Assembly (NCBI GenBank): GCA_040772485.1
Contig: JAXGYC010000010.1
Coordinates: forward strand, 288,001-352,000
Direction: 5' to 3'
DNA: 64,000 bases
DNA from: Sedimentisphaerales bacterium
GTDB lineage: Bacteria; Planctomycetota; Phycisphaerae; Sedimentisphaerales; Anaerobacaceae
The position numbers were made by a program, and so were the translations under genes. Under the pieces are notes generated by a model. It was not told the origin of the DNA, searched no databases, and was given only the letters and a program-made list of their open reading frames with translations. Position 1 is the stretch's first letter, and each line of letters starts with the position of its first letter. Positions 18,131-27,346 of this stretch are shown here, piece after piece.

Positions 18131-18501
18131 GCGACCGTCACGGAGACGGCCATCCCGTCGGTGATCCGCCAGAGCGGTTCGACGTCTCCGCAGATGCGGC
18201 CGACCACGTTGACCGCCGAGGCCGCGCGGATTTCGTTGCCGATGGAAGCGGGCGTTGGTCCGAAGAAGATGCACAGGACGTTGCCGGCCGGCCAGCAGGC
18301 CAGTTCGCCGGCCTGGAGCACCTCGCGAGCCCCTTCTTCGAGATCGACCTGGACGGGGATGGAGAAATAGACCTCCCCACCCCATCGGTTGGCCTCGCTT
18401 ACAATGGGCAATGCCTCGCCGATGGCGGCGGCAGCCGGGGTATCGTCCAGTTCCGCCAGGACGCGCACGCGTCCGGCTGTGATGACAATCTGCCTGGGCA
18501 T
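18106..18501 (-). CDS. Cyclophilin-like fold protein (DUF369/TM1367-like)
   Basis: ANRWGGEVYFSIP, GELACWPAGNVLCIFFGPTP, ASAVNVVG. Confidence 0.85.
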   Translation of the reverse strand: MPRQIVITAGRVRVLAELDDTPAAAAIGEALPIVSEANRWGGEVYFSIPVQVDLEEGAREVLQAGELACWPAGNVLCIFFGPTPASIGNEIRAASAVNVVGRICGDVEPLWRITDGMAVSVTVAQKDSAVP

Positions 18502-18608
18502 GACTCGCACCTCCAGATGACTCGGGCGCGTGCATTTTATGGGCTTATTGACTTGATGTAAATGCTCTCACTGATACAATCTGCCCGGTTGCTTATAGGG
18601 GCACAGCT

Positions 18609-19331
18609 ATGGCAGTGCTGAATGTCAATATCGATCACGTGGCAACGATCCGTCAGGCCCGCTTGACAGATGAGCCGGACCCGGTCTGGGCGGCCGTCCA
18701 GTGCGAGCTGGCCGGGGCCAACGGCATCACCGTCCACCTGCGGCAGGACCGCCGGCATATCAACGACCGCGATGTCCGGGTGCTCAAGGAAACCGTCGCC
18801 TGTAAGTTCAACCTGGAAATGTCGATGGCCGAGCCGATCGTCAAGATCGCCGAGCAGGTCCGGCCTGACCAGGTGACGCTCGTGCCGGAGAACCGCGCCG
18901 AACTGACCACCGAAGGCGGATTGGACTGCGCCCGGCACAAGCAGCGTCTGGCCCAGGTGGTCCGGCGGATGCACAAGAAAGGCATCCTGGTCAGCACGTT
19001 CATCGTGCCGCAGGCCGCGCAGATCCTCGCCTCGGGCGAGACCGGCTGCGACGCCGTCGAGCTGCACACCGGCGCGTACGCCAACGCCAGGACCGAAGCG
19101 GCGATCCGCAGGCGACTGGCCGAGTTGGCGGCGGGCAGGGACCTGGCCAGGGAGCACAAGCTGGTGGTCCACGCCGGACACGGACTGACCTATCGCAATA
19201 TCGTCCCCGTCGCCCGCATCGAGGGATTGTGTGAGTTCAACATCGGTCACAGCATCATCGCCCGTGCCGTGCTCGTCGGCATTCGCGAGGCGACCAGGCA
19301 GATGATCGATCTGATTGAGAAATCGGCATAA
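18609..19331 (+). CDS. pdxJ: Pyridoxine 5'-phosphate synthase
   Basis: LNVNIDHVATIRQAR, ITVHLRQDRRHI, TTEGGLD, ELHTG, HAGHGL.Y.N, NIGHSII. Confidence 0.97.
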   Translation: MAVLNVNIDHVATIRQARLTDEPDPVWAAVQCELAGANGITVHLRQDRRHINDRDVRVLKETVACKFNLEMSMAEPIVKIAEQVRPDQVTLVPENRAELTTEGGLDCARHKQRLAQVVRRMHKKGILVSTFIVPQAAQILASGETGCDAVELHTGAYANARTEAAIRRRLAELAAGRDLAREHKLVVHAGHGLTYRNIVPVARIEGLCEFNIGHSIIARAVLVGIREATRQMIDLIEKSA

Positions 19332-19352
19332 GGTGGGCCAAGCTTGCCGTCT

Positions 19353-19434
19353 AAGGTGTGAAGTGTGAAGTTTGAAGTACGGCCATCCGCCTTCGGCAGA
19401 CTTAAAACTTCAAACTTGAAACTTCAAACTCGAA
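19353..19434. repeat. Inverted tandem heptamer array (AAGT(G/T)TG)n ... (ACTT(C/A/G)AA)n
   Basis: AAGTGTG AAGTTTG AAGT, then a GCCTTCGGC hairpin, then ACTTAAA ACTTCAA ACTTGAA ACTTCAA ACTCGAA. Confidence 0.8.
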
Positions 19435-19450
19435 AGTCAGGAGCAGCAGG

Positions 19451-20323
19451 ATGTTCACAGGCGCCATGGTGGCACTGATCACGCCCTTCCACGAGGGTGA
19501 AATCGACTTTGAGACGCTCGACGAGCTGATCGAGTTTCATCTCGAAAACGGCATCGACGCGATCGTTCCCGTGGGAACAACGGGAGAGTCCCCCACGCTG
19601 AGCTTCGACGAGCACAAGCAGGTGATCGAGCGCGTGGTCAAAGGGGCCGGCGGCAGCGTTCCCGTGATCGCCGGCGCCGGGTCGAACAGCACCGCCGAGG
19701 CCATCGAGCTGACCAGCTTCGCCAAGAAGGTCGGCGCCGACGCCACGCTCCAGGTCTGCCCCTACTACAACAAGCCGACCCAGGAAGGGTTCTACCAGCA
19801 TTTCAAGGCAATCTGTGAGGAAGTTGACCTGCCGATGATTCTCTACAACATTCCCGGCCGCTGTGGCGCCGGCATGACGCCGGAAACCATCGCCCGCCTG
19901 AATGAGTTGGACAATGTCGTCGGCATCAAAGAGGCTACCGGCAGTCTCGATCAGGCGTCGGAGATTGCGATGCGATGCGACCTGACGATCCTGTCGGGCG
20001 ATGACTCTCTGACCCTGCCCCTGGCGTCCGTCGGGGCCAAGGGCGTGATCAGCGTGGTCGCCAACATCGTCCCGGCCGACGTGAAGGCGATGACCGACCT
20101 GATCCTCGAAGGCGACCTCGTCAAGGCTCGCCAGTGGCACCGCAAGCTCTTCGCGCTGAGCAAGAACATGCTGACGCTGGCGACCAACCCGATCCCTATC
20201 AAGGCGGCAATGGCCATGCTCGACATGGCCTCCGAGGAGCTGCGTCTGCCGATGACCCCCCTGACGGACTCGCAGAAGGCCGCCCTGAAACAGACCCTGA
20301 CGAGCTACGGCCTGCTGAGCTGA
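19451..20323 (+). CDS. dapA: 4-hydroxy-tetrahydrodipicolinate synthase
   Basis: ALITPF, GTTGES, PYYNKP.QEG, LYNIPGR, GIKEA, LSGDD, NPIPIK. Confidence 0.97.
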   Translation: MFTGAMVALITPFHEGEIDFETLDELIEFHLENGIDAIVPVGTTGESPTLSFDEHKQVIERVVKGAGGSVPVIAGAGSNSTAEAIELTSFAKKVGADATLQVCPYYNKPTQEGFYQHFKAICEEVDLPMILYNIPGRCGAGMTPETIARLNELDNVVGIKEATGSLDQASEIAMRCDLTILSGDDSLTLPLASVGAKGVISVVANIVPADVKAMTDLILEGDLVKARQWHRKLFALSKNMLTLATNPIPIKAAMAMLDMASEELRLPMTPLTDSQKAALKQTLTSYGLLS

Positions 20324-20339
20324 CACGCCACCAACCGCG

Positions 20340-22271
20340 TCAGCCGCCCTGTCGAGGACTTGGGCGTGCACCCGCCAGAACCTTGTCGCGCAGGTAGGTC
20401 TGTCCGGGCGGTTTGGAGCCGATCTGTGCCGTGTAAAGGTGAGGCAGCGCTTCGAACAGATGGCGGATGTCGTCTGGGCTGAAGCTGTGTTCGCCGATCA
20501 AGGTCAGGTACGTCAGGGCGTCAAGGGCTTCCAGGTTCTTGAGACCCTGGTCGGTGAACTTGCCGCCGTAGATGTTCAGCATGTCCAGTTTCTTCATCCG
20601 ACGCAAGTGCGCCAATCCATCGTCGGTCAGGTCTGGTCCGCCTATGGTCAGCCGGTCCATCTGCGTCAGTCCGACAAGGCTGGCGAGTCCTTGGTCCGTC
20701 AGGCTGGGCGACCTGATCGCCGGATGCCCGATCTGAAACCATGTCAGTCGGGTCAGACAGGCCACGTCCGCATCGCCGATCACGCCTCCATCGCGCCGCG
20801 TTCCCATGGTCAACTGTTCCAGCTTCTTCAGGCCGGCAAGATCCAGCCCGGTGTAGTCCTGTTTGACGCCGTCGATATCAAGTCGTCGCAGATTGGACAA
20901 TCCGTTCAGGCAGGACAGGCCCGAGATTGTGGCGTTCGCGTCATGCACATTCAGGACTCCCAGGTCTTTCAGCGAGGCCAGTTTCTTCAATCCCTCGTCG
21001 GTGACAGCCGTGCACCCAAAGAGGCTCAACTCCCGGAGCTTGTCCAGTTTGGCGATGGACTCCATTGAAGCATCCGTCATGCCGATGCTCCCCACGCTCA
21101 ACTCTTCGAGGTCTCGGCAATGGGCGAGCATTCGAATTCCCTTGTCCGTGTAGTAACCCTGCTCTCCGCTGGAATCCCCGCGATAGGCCCGGCTGACACT
21201 GAGACTGCGAAGTCGAGGCAACTGCGAAAGGTACTCCAGACCCGTGTCCGAAATCCCTTCCGACGGAAGCCAGAGGGATTCGAGCGTCTTGACGTCTCTC
21301 AGATGAGCCAGGCCCGCATCGGTCACCCTGGATCGGGCCACGTCCAGACTCCGCAAATGCGGCAGCGCCGCCAGGTGCCGAACCCCTTCGTCGGTGATGT
21401 TCTCCGACCAGTGAAAGCTCATATCCTGCACCTGCGTCAGGGCCGACAAATGAGCGAGCCCTGCATCCGTCGTCTGCGGCAGATGCCCGAAATGGAGAAT
21501 GCGCAGGCTGGGAACGTTCTTCAGGTGCACGAAACCCGCGTCGCTGAATCTATCGCCTTGCAGAAGCAAATAGTGAAGACGTGGCAGCTTTGCCAAGTGG
21601 ACCAGGGCATCATCGGTGATCCGCCCTGCTCCCAGCGCCAACTCCTCAAGACCCTGCAAACCCGCCAGATGTCTCAGGCCGGCGTTCGTGACCCGGCTCT
21701 CCCGAAGGTATAGCCCGGCCAGAGCGGGCAGTCTTGTCACATGGGCCAGCCCGGCATCGTCCATACGATCCGGCGCGGTCAGGCGCCGGAGGTTCTGCAA
21801 TCCGGCGATCCATTTCATTCCGGCTCCGGTGATGTTCGTCTGGCTCAGATCCAGTACTCGCAGGCCGGTCAGGTGCGCGACGTGCTGCATGCACGCATCG
21901 CCCGGCTTGGCGCCGCCCGTGGACCAGCCATGAATGCCGAGCTGATAGAGGTCGTCCGGCCGGAGGTTGCGCAACGGGGAAAGGTCGCTCCAGGCCTCTT
22001 TGCGTTCGACGTTCAGCAATATCCACTTGCCCGCCGGGACCGCGACGTCACCGCGTGCGTCGGCCAGGTACTGCCACTCTTCCCCTCGAATCCAATAGAA
22101 GAACCCTTCCAGCGGTCTGTCGGGCCCCGGCTCGCAGACCAGCACCTTGCCCAGCGACCGATCCGTCGGGAAGTGCAGTGTCCGCGTCTCCATGCCGCTG
22201 GCCCCCTTCAGCCCCGCCCCGCCGAGGACCGTCAGTATCCAGACCACCCGAATCTGTCGCGCCATGTCCAT
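20340..22271 (-). CDS. Exported leucine-rich repeat protein
   Basis: Many ~24-aa LxxLxxLxLxxxxITDxGLxHL repeats after an N-terminal hydrophobic leader; GGAGGTG RBS. Confidence 0.88.
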   Translation of the reverse strand: MDMARQIRVVWILTVLGGAGLKGASGMETRTLHFPTDRSLGKVLVCEPGPDRPLEGFFYWIRGEEWQYLADARGDVAVPAGKWILLNVERKEAWSDLSPLRNLRPDDLYQLGIHGWSTGGAKPGDACMQHVAHLTGLRVLDLSQTNITGAGMKWIAGLQNLRRLTAPDRMDDAGLAHVTRLPALAGLYLRESRVTNAGLRHLAGLQGLEELALGAGRITDDALVHLAKLPRLHYLLLQGDRFSDAGFVHLKNVPSLRILHFGHLPQTTDAGLAHLSALTQVQDMSFHWSENITDEGVRHLAALPHLRSLDVARSRVTDAGLAHLRDVKTLESLWLPSEGISDTGLEYLSQLPRLRSLSVSRAYRGDSSGEQGYYTDKGIRMLAHCRDLEELSVGSIGMTDASMESIAKLDKLRELSLFGCTAVTDEGLKKLASLKDLGVLNVHDANATISGLSCLNGLSNLRRLDIDGVKQDYTGLDLAGLKKLEQLTMGTRRDGGVIGDADVACLTRLTWFQIGHPAIRSPSLTDQGLASLVGLTQMDRLTIGGPDLTDDGLAHLRRMKKLDMLNIYGGKFTDQGLKNLEALDALTYLTLIGEHSFSPDDIRHLFEALPHLYTAQIGSKPPGQTYLRDKVLAGARPSPRQGG

Positions 22272-22299
22272 ATCACCTCCACGGGGCCGCTCATCGCTC

Positions 22300-22327
22300 G
22301 TAGGGGCGAATGATTATTCGCCTCTAC
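22300..22327. repeat. GTAG-type REP palindrome, copy 1
   Basis: GTAGGGGCGAATGATTATTCGCCTCTAC; copies at 59174 and 62254. Confidence 0.8.
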
Positions 22328-22344
22328 CGCCATCTGGCAGATCG

Positions 22345-23526
22345 CTACCTATCGGGGTCATCGTCATCGACATCATTCGGGTGGACGTCACGATAGGCCC
22401 CCATTCCCATGCCTCCCATCATTCCGCCACCCATCAGGCCCCCTGCCGGCACGACCTCTTGCTCGTTGGGGTCGGCATGCGGATCGGACGCCAGGGCAAA
22501 ACCGTCCGCGTCGTCCTCAGTATCCGCCTGGGCCCCGGGCATCGCCGCGCCCGCAGCAGGCGTCTGCGTCTCCGATGCGACCGGCAACTCGGTCAGGTCG
22601 GCGTCGGCAGCACTCTGTGACCACCATGGCACGAACTGCGATGGCGCGTCGGCAGGGACATTTCGCCCGGCCGTGGACGCCGTTGGTCGCAGAGCGGGAT
22701 TCGACGGTCTCGGGGCCGGTTGCGTCCTGGTGATCCCTGTGTTGGGAGACGGCTTTGTCACCTCGTGATAGGTCACCACCGAGCCTACTCCAATGGCCGC
22801 TGCCGCGACGACGGCAACCGCCTTGGCCTTGACCCCGGCCAGCGCGGCGCTACCCACAGTCTGGGCGAGCCAGGAGCCCCCGGTGGAGGCCGCCGCAGCC
22901 GGCGCACCGGCCAGGGCCATCTTCCCCAGTTCCCCCAGCACGGCCTGTGGAGCCGCCTGCACGGCGTTCTCGGTCAGAAGCGTGCCGAGCGCGCCGGCCG
23001 CGACCAGAAGGCCACGCGTCTGGAGAACCCGTCGCAGCGTCGTCACGCCGGCATCGATTCGCCGGGAGACCGTCGCCTGGGAAATTCCCATCGCACCTGC
23101 AATCTGTCGCGTCGTCTGGCCCTCCAGGAAGTGGGCCACGAGGATTTCACGCATTTCGGCATCGAGGGCATTGAGCCCCTCGTCGATGGAGGCTGAGAGG
23201 TCTTTCCATTCGGCAACCTCACGAGGTCTCGAAGCAGCGTACTGGGATTCCCTTTGCCTGCGAGTGACGTCTTTGCGCCAGGCATCGATGGCCTTGTGCG
23301 TCGCGACGCGGTGAAGCCAGCCGGGCAGCGAGCCCGTTACCGTCGCGGCGTCTTTTGTCAGTTGCAGGAAAGTCTCCTGCGCCACATCGGAGGCCCTGTC
23401 CACATCCTGGAGGATTCGCAGCGCCGCCCCATAGACCAATCCGGCGTGCCGACGGATGATCTCACGAAATGCCTCCGCATCCCCCGTCCTCGTGAACCGC
23501 CGCAACAACACAAGTTCTGCTTCCAT
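22345..23526 (-). CDS. ECF sigma factor with transmembrane C-terminal extension
   Basis: LLRRF..GD.EAF.EII.RHAGLVY..A.R, DVAQETF, GWLH.VA, region 4 GISQATVSRRI, then Ala-rich linker, TM helix and acidic tail. Confidence 0.88.
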   Translation of the reverse strand: MEAELVLLRRFTRTGDAEAFREIIRRHAGLVYGAALRILQDVDRASDVAQETFLQLTKDAATVTGSLPGWLHRVATHKAIDAWRKDVTRRQRESQYAASRPREVAEWKDLSASIDEGLNALDAEMREILVAHFLEGQTTRQIAGAMGISQATVSRRIDAGVTTLRRVLQTRGLLVAAGALGTLLTENAVQAAPQAVLGELGKMALAGAPAAAASTGGSWLAQTVGSAALAGVKAKAVAVVAAAAIGVGSVVTYHEVTKPSPNTGITRTQPAPRPSNPALRPTASTAGRNVPADAPSQFVPWWSQSAADADLTELPVASETQTPAAGAAMPGAQADTEDDADGFALASDPHADPNEQEVVPAGGLMGGGMMGGMGMGAYRDVHPNDVDDDDPDR

Positions 23527-23624
23527 CTTCGTCTCTCCTGAACACCGTCGCCTGCTCTCCACATCATAAGGCGATGCCCGCTCGGAAATGATTCAAAAAA
23601 GACCGAAGTGGCAGAAAGACCGCA

Positions 23625-24248
23625 CTACGACCCCGTTGTCGCAGGGCTCAGCAGAGGGCCAAGCCATTGCGACAGGCCCGATAGTGTCATCTGGACCGCT
23701 ACCGCCGTGACGATCAGGCCAGTGATCCGGATCAGCGGACCGAACGCGTGGAGCCGCTGGAGGATTCGACCGATCCAGAGCGACATCAGCATGACCAGGA
23801 AATTGGCGGCGACCGCCGTCGTCAGCGACAGGGCCGTCATGGCGATGCCATGCGTCGCGGCAAAGGAAATGGCGGCGGTGATCGTGCCGGGTCCGGCGAT
23901 CAGAGGCGCCGCCAGCGGAACGATCGAGATGTCCGTGGCCCCGTGAAAGTCCTGCTCGTAGAACCGCCCCTTCCGCACCGCCGTCAGGCCGATGATGAAC
24001 AGCACGATGCCGCCGGCCACCTGCAAGGAGTAGATCTCCACGCGAAACACCTCATGCAGGAGAACGTGGCCGATGCCGGAAAGGACCAGAAGGATCGCCA
24101 GGGCCACCGACGTCGCTGTCACCGAGACCTTCAACAACTCCGCCCGCGAATACGGAGGGTCCATGGATGAGAGAAGGAACACCTTGCTGGGAGGGTTGAT
24201 CAACGCCAGGAAATACAGCGAAGTCTGTACGAAGACGTCCACATCCAT
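23625..24248 (-). CDS. MarC family membrane protein
   Basis: LINP, F.V.I.SLQVAGGIVLF, ISIVPLA.PLIAGPG, RITGLI..AVAVQ. Confidence 0.9.
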   Translation of the reverse strand: MDVDVFVQTSLYFLALINPPSKVFLLSSMDPPYSRAELLKVSVTATSVALAILLVLSGIGHVLLHEVFRVEIYSLQVAGGIVLFIIGLTAVRKGRFYEQDFHGATDISIVPLAAPLIAGPGTITAAISFAATHGIAMTALSLTTAVAANFLVMLMSLWIGRILQRLHAFGPLIRITGLIVTAVAVQMTLSGLSQWLGPLLSPATTGS

Positions 24249-24342
24249 ATTCGGCACTCGGACTCCCACGATTCAATGGCCCTGCCGGCGCTGATGCGCC
24301 GCATCGTTCCATGTACAATCACACGGCATCGCTCGGGAAGCG

Positions 24343-24420
24343 GATTTACGATTTACGATTTGCGATTTACAATTTATGATCTGGTCTTCAATCATAAATC
24401 ATGATTCGCAAATCGTAAAT
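24343..24420. repeat. Inverted tandem heptamer array (GATTTAC)n ... (GTAAATC-like)n
   Basis: GATTTAC GATTTAC GATTTGC GATTTAC AATTTAT GAT / ATCATAAATC...GCAAATC GTAAAT. Confidence 0.8.
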
Positions 24421-24453
24421 ACAAGGATCGGTCTTCTTGAAAGGGTGGTTTCA

Positions 24454-27258
24454 ATGAGGAGCATCAGCCGAACAATGCCTACAGCAGCCGTGGTTCTGGC
24501 ACTTTGGGCGTGCAGTATCTGGACTGGCTTTTCGATGGCTCAGGACATTCCCCTGCCGGAGCATCCGCGGCCCGACTTCCAGCGGTCGCAGTGGGTGAAT
24601 CTCAACGGCGTCTGGGACTTCCGCTTCGACAAAGAGGACGCGGGACAGAACGACAACTGGGCGTCCGGCAAGACGGAGTTTCCGCTCTCGATCAGCGTGC
24701 CGTTCCCGTGGGGTTCGGAGCTGTCCGGCGTGGAGAGCGAGGCGGACATCGCCTGGTACAAGCGGACGATCCGCGTGCCGGCCGAATGGAAAGGCAGCCG
24801 GGTCTTCGTGGTGGTCGGCGCCTGCGACTGGCTGACGACCGGATGGCTCGATGGTCAGAAGGTCGGCAATTTCCGGGGCGGATACACCCCCTTCGAATTC
24901 GAGCTGACCGAGCAGGTCAAGTGGGGCCAGGAGCAGGTCCTCGTGCTGCGCGTCGACGACACGCCCCACCGATTCAAGCTCGAAGGCAAGCAGGGCTACG
25001 GCCCGGCCAAGGGCATCTGGCAGACGATCTACCTCGAGGCCCGGCCCAAGGTCGCGCTGGAGACGGTGCAGTTCCTGCCGGACATCGACGCCGGGAAGGT
25101 CACCGTCAAGGCGACGCTGAATCAGCCCGCGCCTGAGGCCATGCACTTCGCGATCCAGTTCAAGCCCGAGGACCGTTCCGGCGCCGTCCAGGCCACCGTC
25201 GCCAAGGGCGGCAAAGACATCGAGCTGGAAATCCCCATGAAGCCGATGCGGCTCTGGTCGCTGGAAGACCCATACCTGTATGAGGTCAGAGCCATCCTGT
25301 CGGGCGCGGGAGCCGAAGACGTCGTCTCGACCTACTTCGGGATGCGGAAGATCAGCGTGACCAGGCTCCCCGGCACGGACTTCCCCTACATCGCGCTGAA
25401 CAACAAGCCCGTCTACCTGAAGCTGACGCTGGACCAGGCGTATCATCCCGAGGGCTTCTACACATTCCCGAGCGACGCGTTCATGCGCGACGAAATCCTG
25501 CGGTCGCGTCAGATCGGGCTCAACGGCCAGCGGATTCACGTCAAGATCGGCATCCCGCGCAAGCTCTACTGGGCGGACAAGCTGGGCGTGCTGATCATGG
25601 CGGACGTGCCGAACAGTTGGGGCCAGCCCGATGCGGACATGCGCAACGAGGCAGAAGTAGCCCTTCGCGGCATGATCAAACGCGACTTCAATCATCCAAG
25701 CGTTTTTAGTTGGGTGACTTTCAACGAGACGTGGGGGCTGCGGTCGGGCGACCAGGGTTACACCCCCGAAACCCAGGAATGGGTGGCCTCGATGGTTCGC
25801 TTGGCCAAGCAGCTCGACCCGACGCGGCTGGTGGAAGACAACTCGCCCTGCAATCTCGACCATGTCCTGACAGACATCAATAGCTGGCACGCCTATCTGC
25901 CCGGCTACAAATGGACCGAGCACCTCGACCAGGTCTGCCGCGACACGCACGAAGGCTCGACGTGGAACTACATCGGCGGCCGCAAGCAAGGGACCGAGCC
26001 TCTGCTCAACAGCGAGTGCGGCAACGTCTGGGGCTACGAGGGCAGCACCGGCGACGTGGACTGGAGCTGGGACTATCACGTCATGATGAACGCGTTCCGG
26101 CGGCATCCGCAAATCTGCGGCTGGCTCTACACCGAGCACCACGACGTGATCAACGAATGGAACGGATACTGGCGATTTGACCGCTCGCAGAAGTTCACCG
26201 GCATAGAGGAGTTGATGCCGGGCATGAGTCTGCGCGACCTCCATGGCGATTTCTACGTCGCGATGGGCGAAGAGCTGTGCCAGGAGGTCAAGCCGGGTTC
26301 GAGCGTGGAGGTTCCGCTGTATGTCTCGTTCCTGACCGATACGCATGCGGGCCAAGCCATAGTCCTGCGCGGCACCCTGCGGGGCTGGGACAGCCTCGGC
26401 CGCGAGCGCAACTTCGGACGCGTCCAGCGACGCAACATCCCCTATCAGGCGTGGCAGTGCGGGGCTATCGAGCCGCTGGAAGTGATGATGCCCGACGAGC
26501 CGGCAGTGGTCGTGCTGGCGGTTCAGGTCGAGGATCGGTCCGGCGTCGTGCTCGGACGCAACTTCACCACGTTCGCGGTGCGCGACGGCGCCCAGCCGCG
26601 ACAGGAGACACTGACGCGGGGCAACCGCACGGTGAAGGTCGTGCGTATCGCGCCCAAGAGCTTCGCCAAGGCCGAATGGCCCGTCAAACAATGGAATGTG
26701 TTCGACGGGCTCAAAGTCAATGGAGCGGGCGCCGGCTATTTCGAGTACCAGGTGTCCTGGCCTGACAATCTCGAGGTCGATGAGATCGACACCGCCAGTT
26801 TCCGGGCGGAGATCTCGGCCAAGCAGCTCTTCGGCAAGGACAAGGAAGGCGCCGGCAGGCAGGAAGGCGACTACATGCGAGGCAAAGGCACGCACGATCC
26901 CAGCCTGAACCCGAATTCGTATCCGATGACGGACGAAACCGTGTATCCCAGCGCGATCCGCATCCGGATCGGTGGCGAGGTAGTCGCGACGGTCGATCTG
27001 CCCGACGATCCGGCCGATCATCGCGGAATCCTCTCCTGGCTTGCGCAGAAGCGCGACGGCAAGCTCAACGAGGCCGGCTCGTACGGGTACCTCGTCAGCG
27101 CCGAGATTCCCCAACGCGTCCTCCGCAAGGCCGCCGAGGAAGGCAAGATTGTGATCCGCCTGGAAGCCGATGAGGCCCTTGCGGGCGGGATTGCCATCTA
27201 CGGCGAGCAGTTCGGGCGCTATCCGCTCGATCCGATGCTGGCCTTCGTTCTGAAGTAG
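24454..27258 (+). CDS. Secreted glycoside hydrolase family 2
   Basis: EHPRPDF.R..W.NLNG.W.F, GYTPF, GIWQT, LWS.EDP.LY, YFGMR.I, LDQ.Y, NHPS.F.W..FNE.WG, SE.G. Confidence 0.9.
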   Translation: MRSISRTMPTAAVVLALWACSIWTGFSMAQDIPLPEHPRPDFQRSQWVNLNGVWDFRFDKEDAGQNDNWASGKTEFPLSISVPFPWGSELSGVESEADIAWYKRTIRVPAEWKGSRVFVVVGACDWLTTGWLDGQKVGNFRGGYTPFEFELTEQVKWGQEQVLVLRVDDTPHRFKLEGKQGYGPAKGIWQTIYLEARPKVALETVQFLPDIDAGKVTVKATLNQPAPEAMHFAIQFKPEDRSGAVQATVAKGGKDIELEIPMKPMRLWSLEDPYLYEVRAILSGAGAEDVVSTYFGMRKISVTRLPGTDFPYIALNNKPVYLKLTLDQAYHPEGFYTFPSDAFMRDEILRSRQIGLNGQRIHVKIGIPRKLYWADKLGVLIMADVPNSWGQPDADMRNEAEVALRGMIKRDFNHPSVFSWVTFNETWGLRSGDQGYTPETQEWVASMVRLAKQLDPTRLVEDNSPCNLDHVLTDINSWHAYLPGYKWTEHLDQVCRDTHEGSTWNYIGGRKQGTEPLLNSECGNVWGYEGSTGDVDWSWDYHVMMNAFRRHPQICGWLYTEHHDVINEWNGYWRFDRSQKFTGIEELMPGMSLRDLHGDFYVAMGEELCQEVKPGSSVEVPLYVSFLTDTHAGQAIVLRGTLRGWDSLGRERNFGRVQRRNIPYQAWQCGAIEPLEVMMPDEPAVVVLAVQVEDRSGVVLGRNFTTFAVRDGAQPRQETLTRGNRTVKVVRIAPKSFAKAEWPVKQWNVFDGLKVNGAGAGYFEYQVSWPDNLEVDEIDTASFRAEISAKQLFGKDKEGAGRQEGDYMRGKGTHDPSLNPNSYPMTDETVYPSAIRIRIGGEVVATVDLPDDPADHRGILSWLAQKRDGKLNEAGSYGYLVSAEIPQRVLRKAAEEGKIVIRLEADEALAGGIAIYGEQFGRYPLDPMLAFVLK

Positions 27259-27346
27259 ATCGATGCCAATGTGACCCGGTGCGTTTTCGGAGGCCGCGCA
27301 TCCAGACGCGGCCTCCGTCTCATAGGACGAAAGAGAAAGGCACTCC

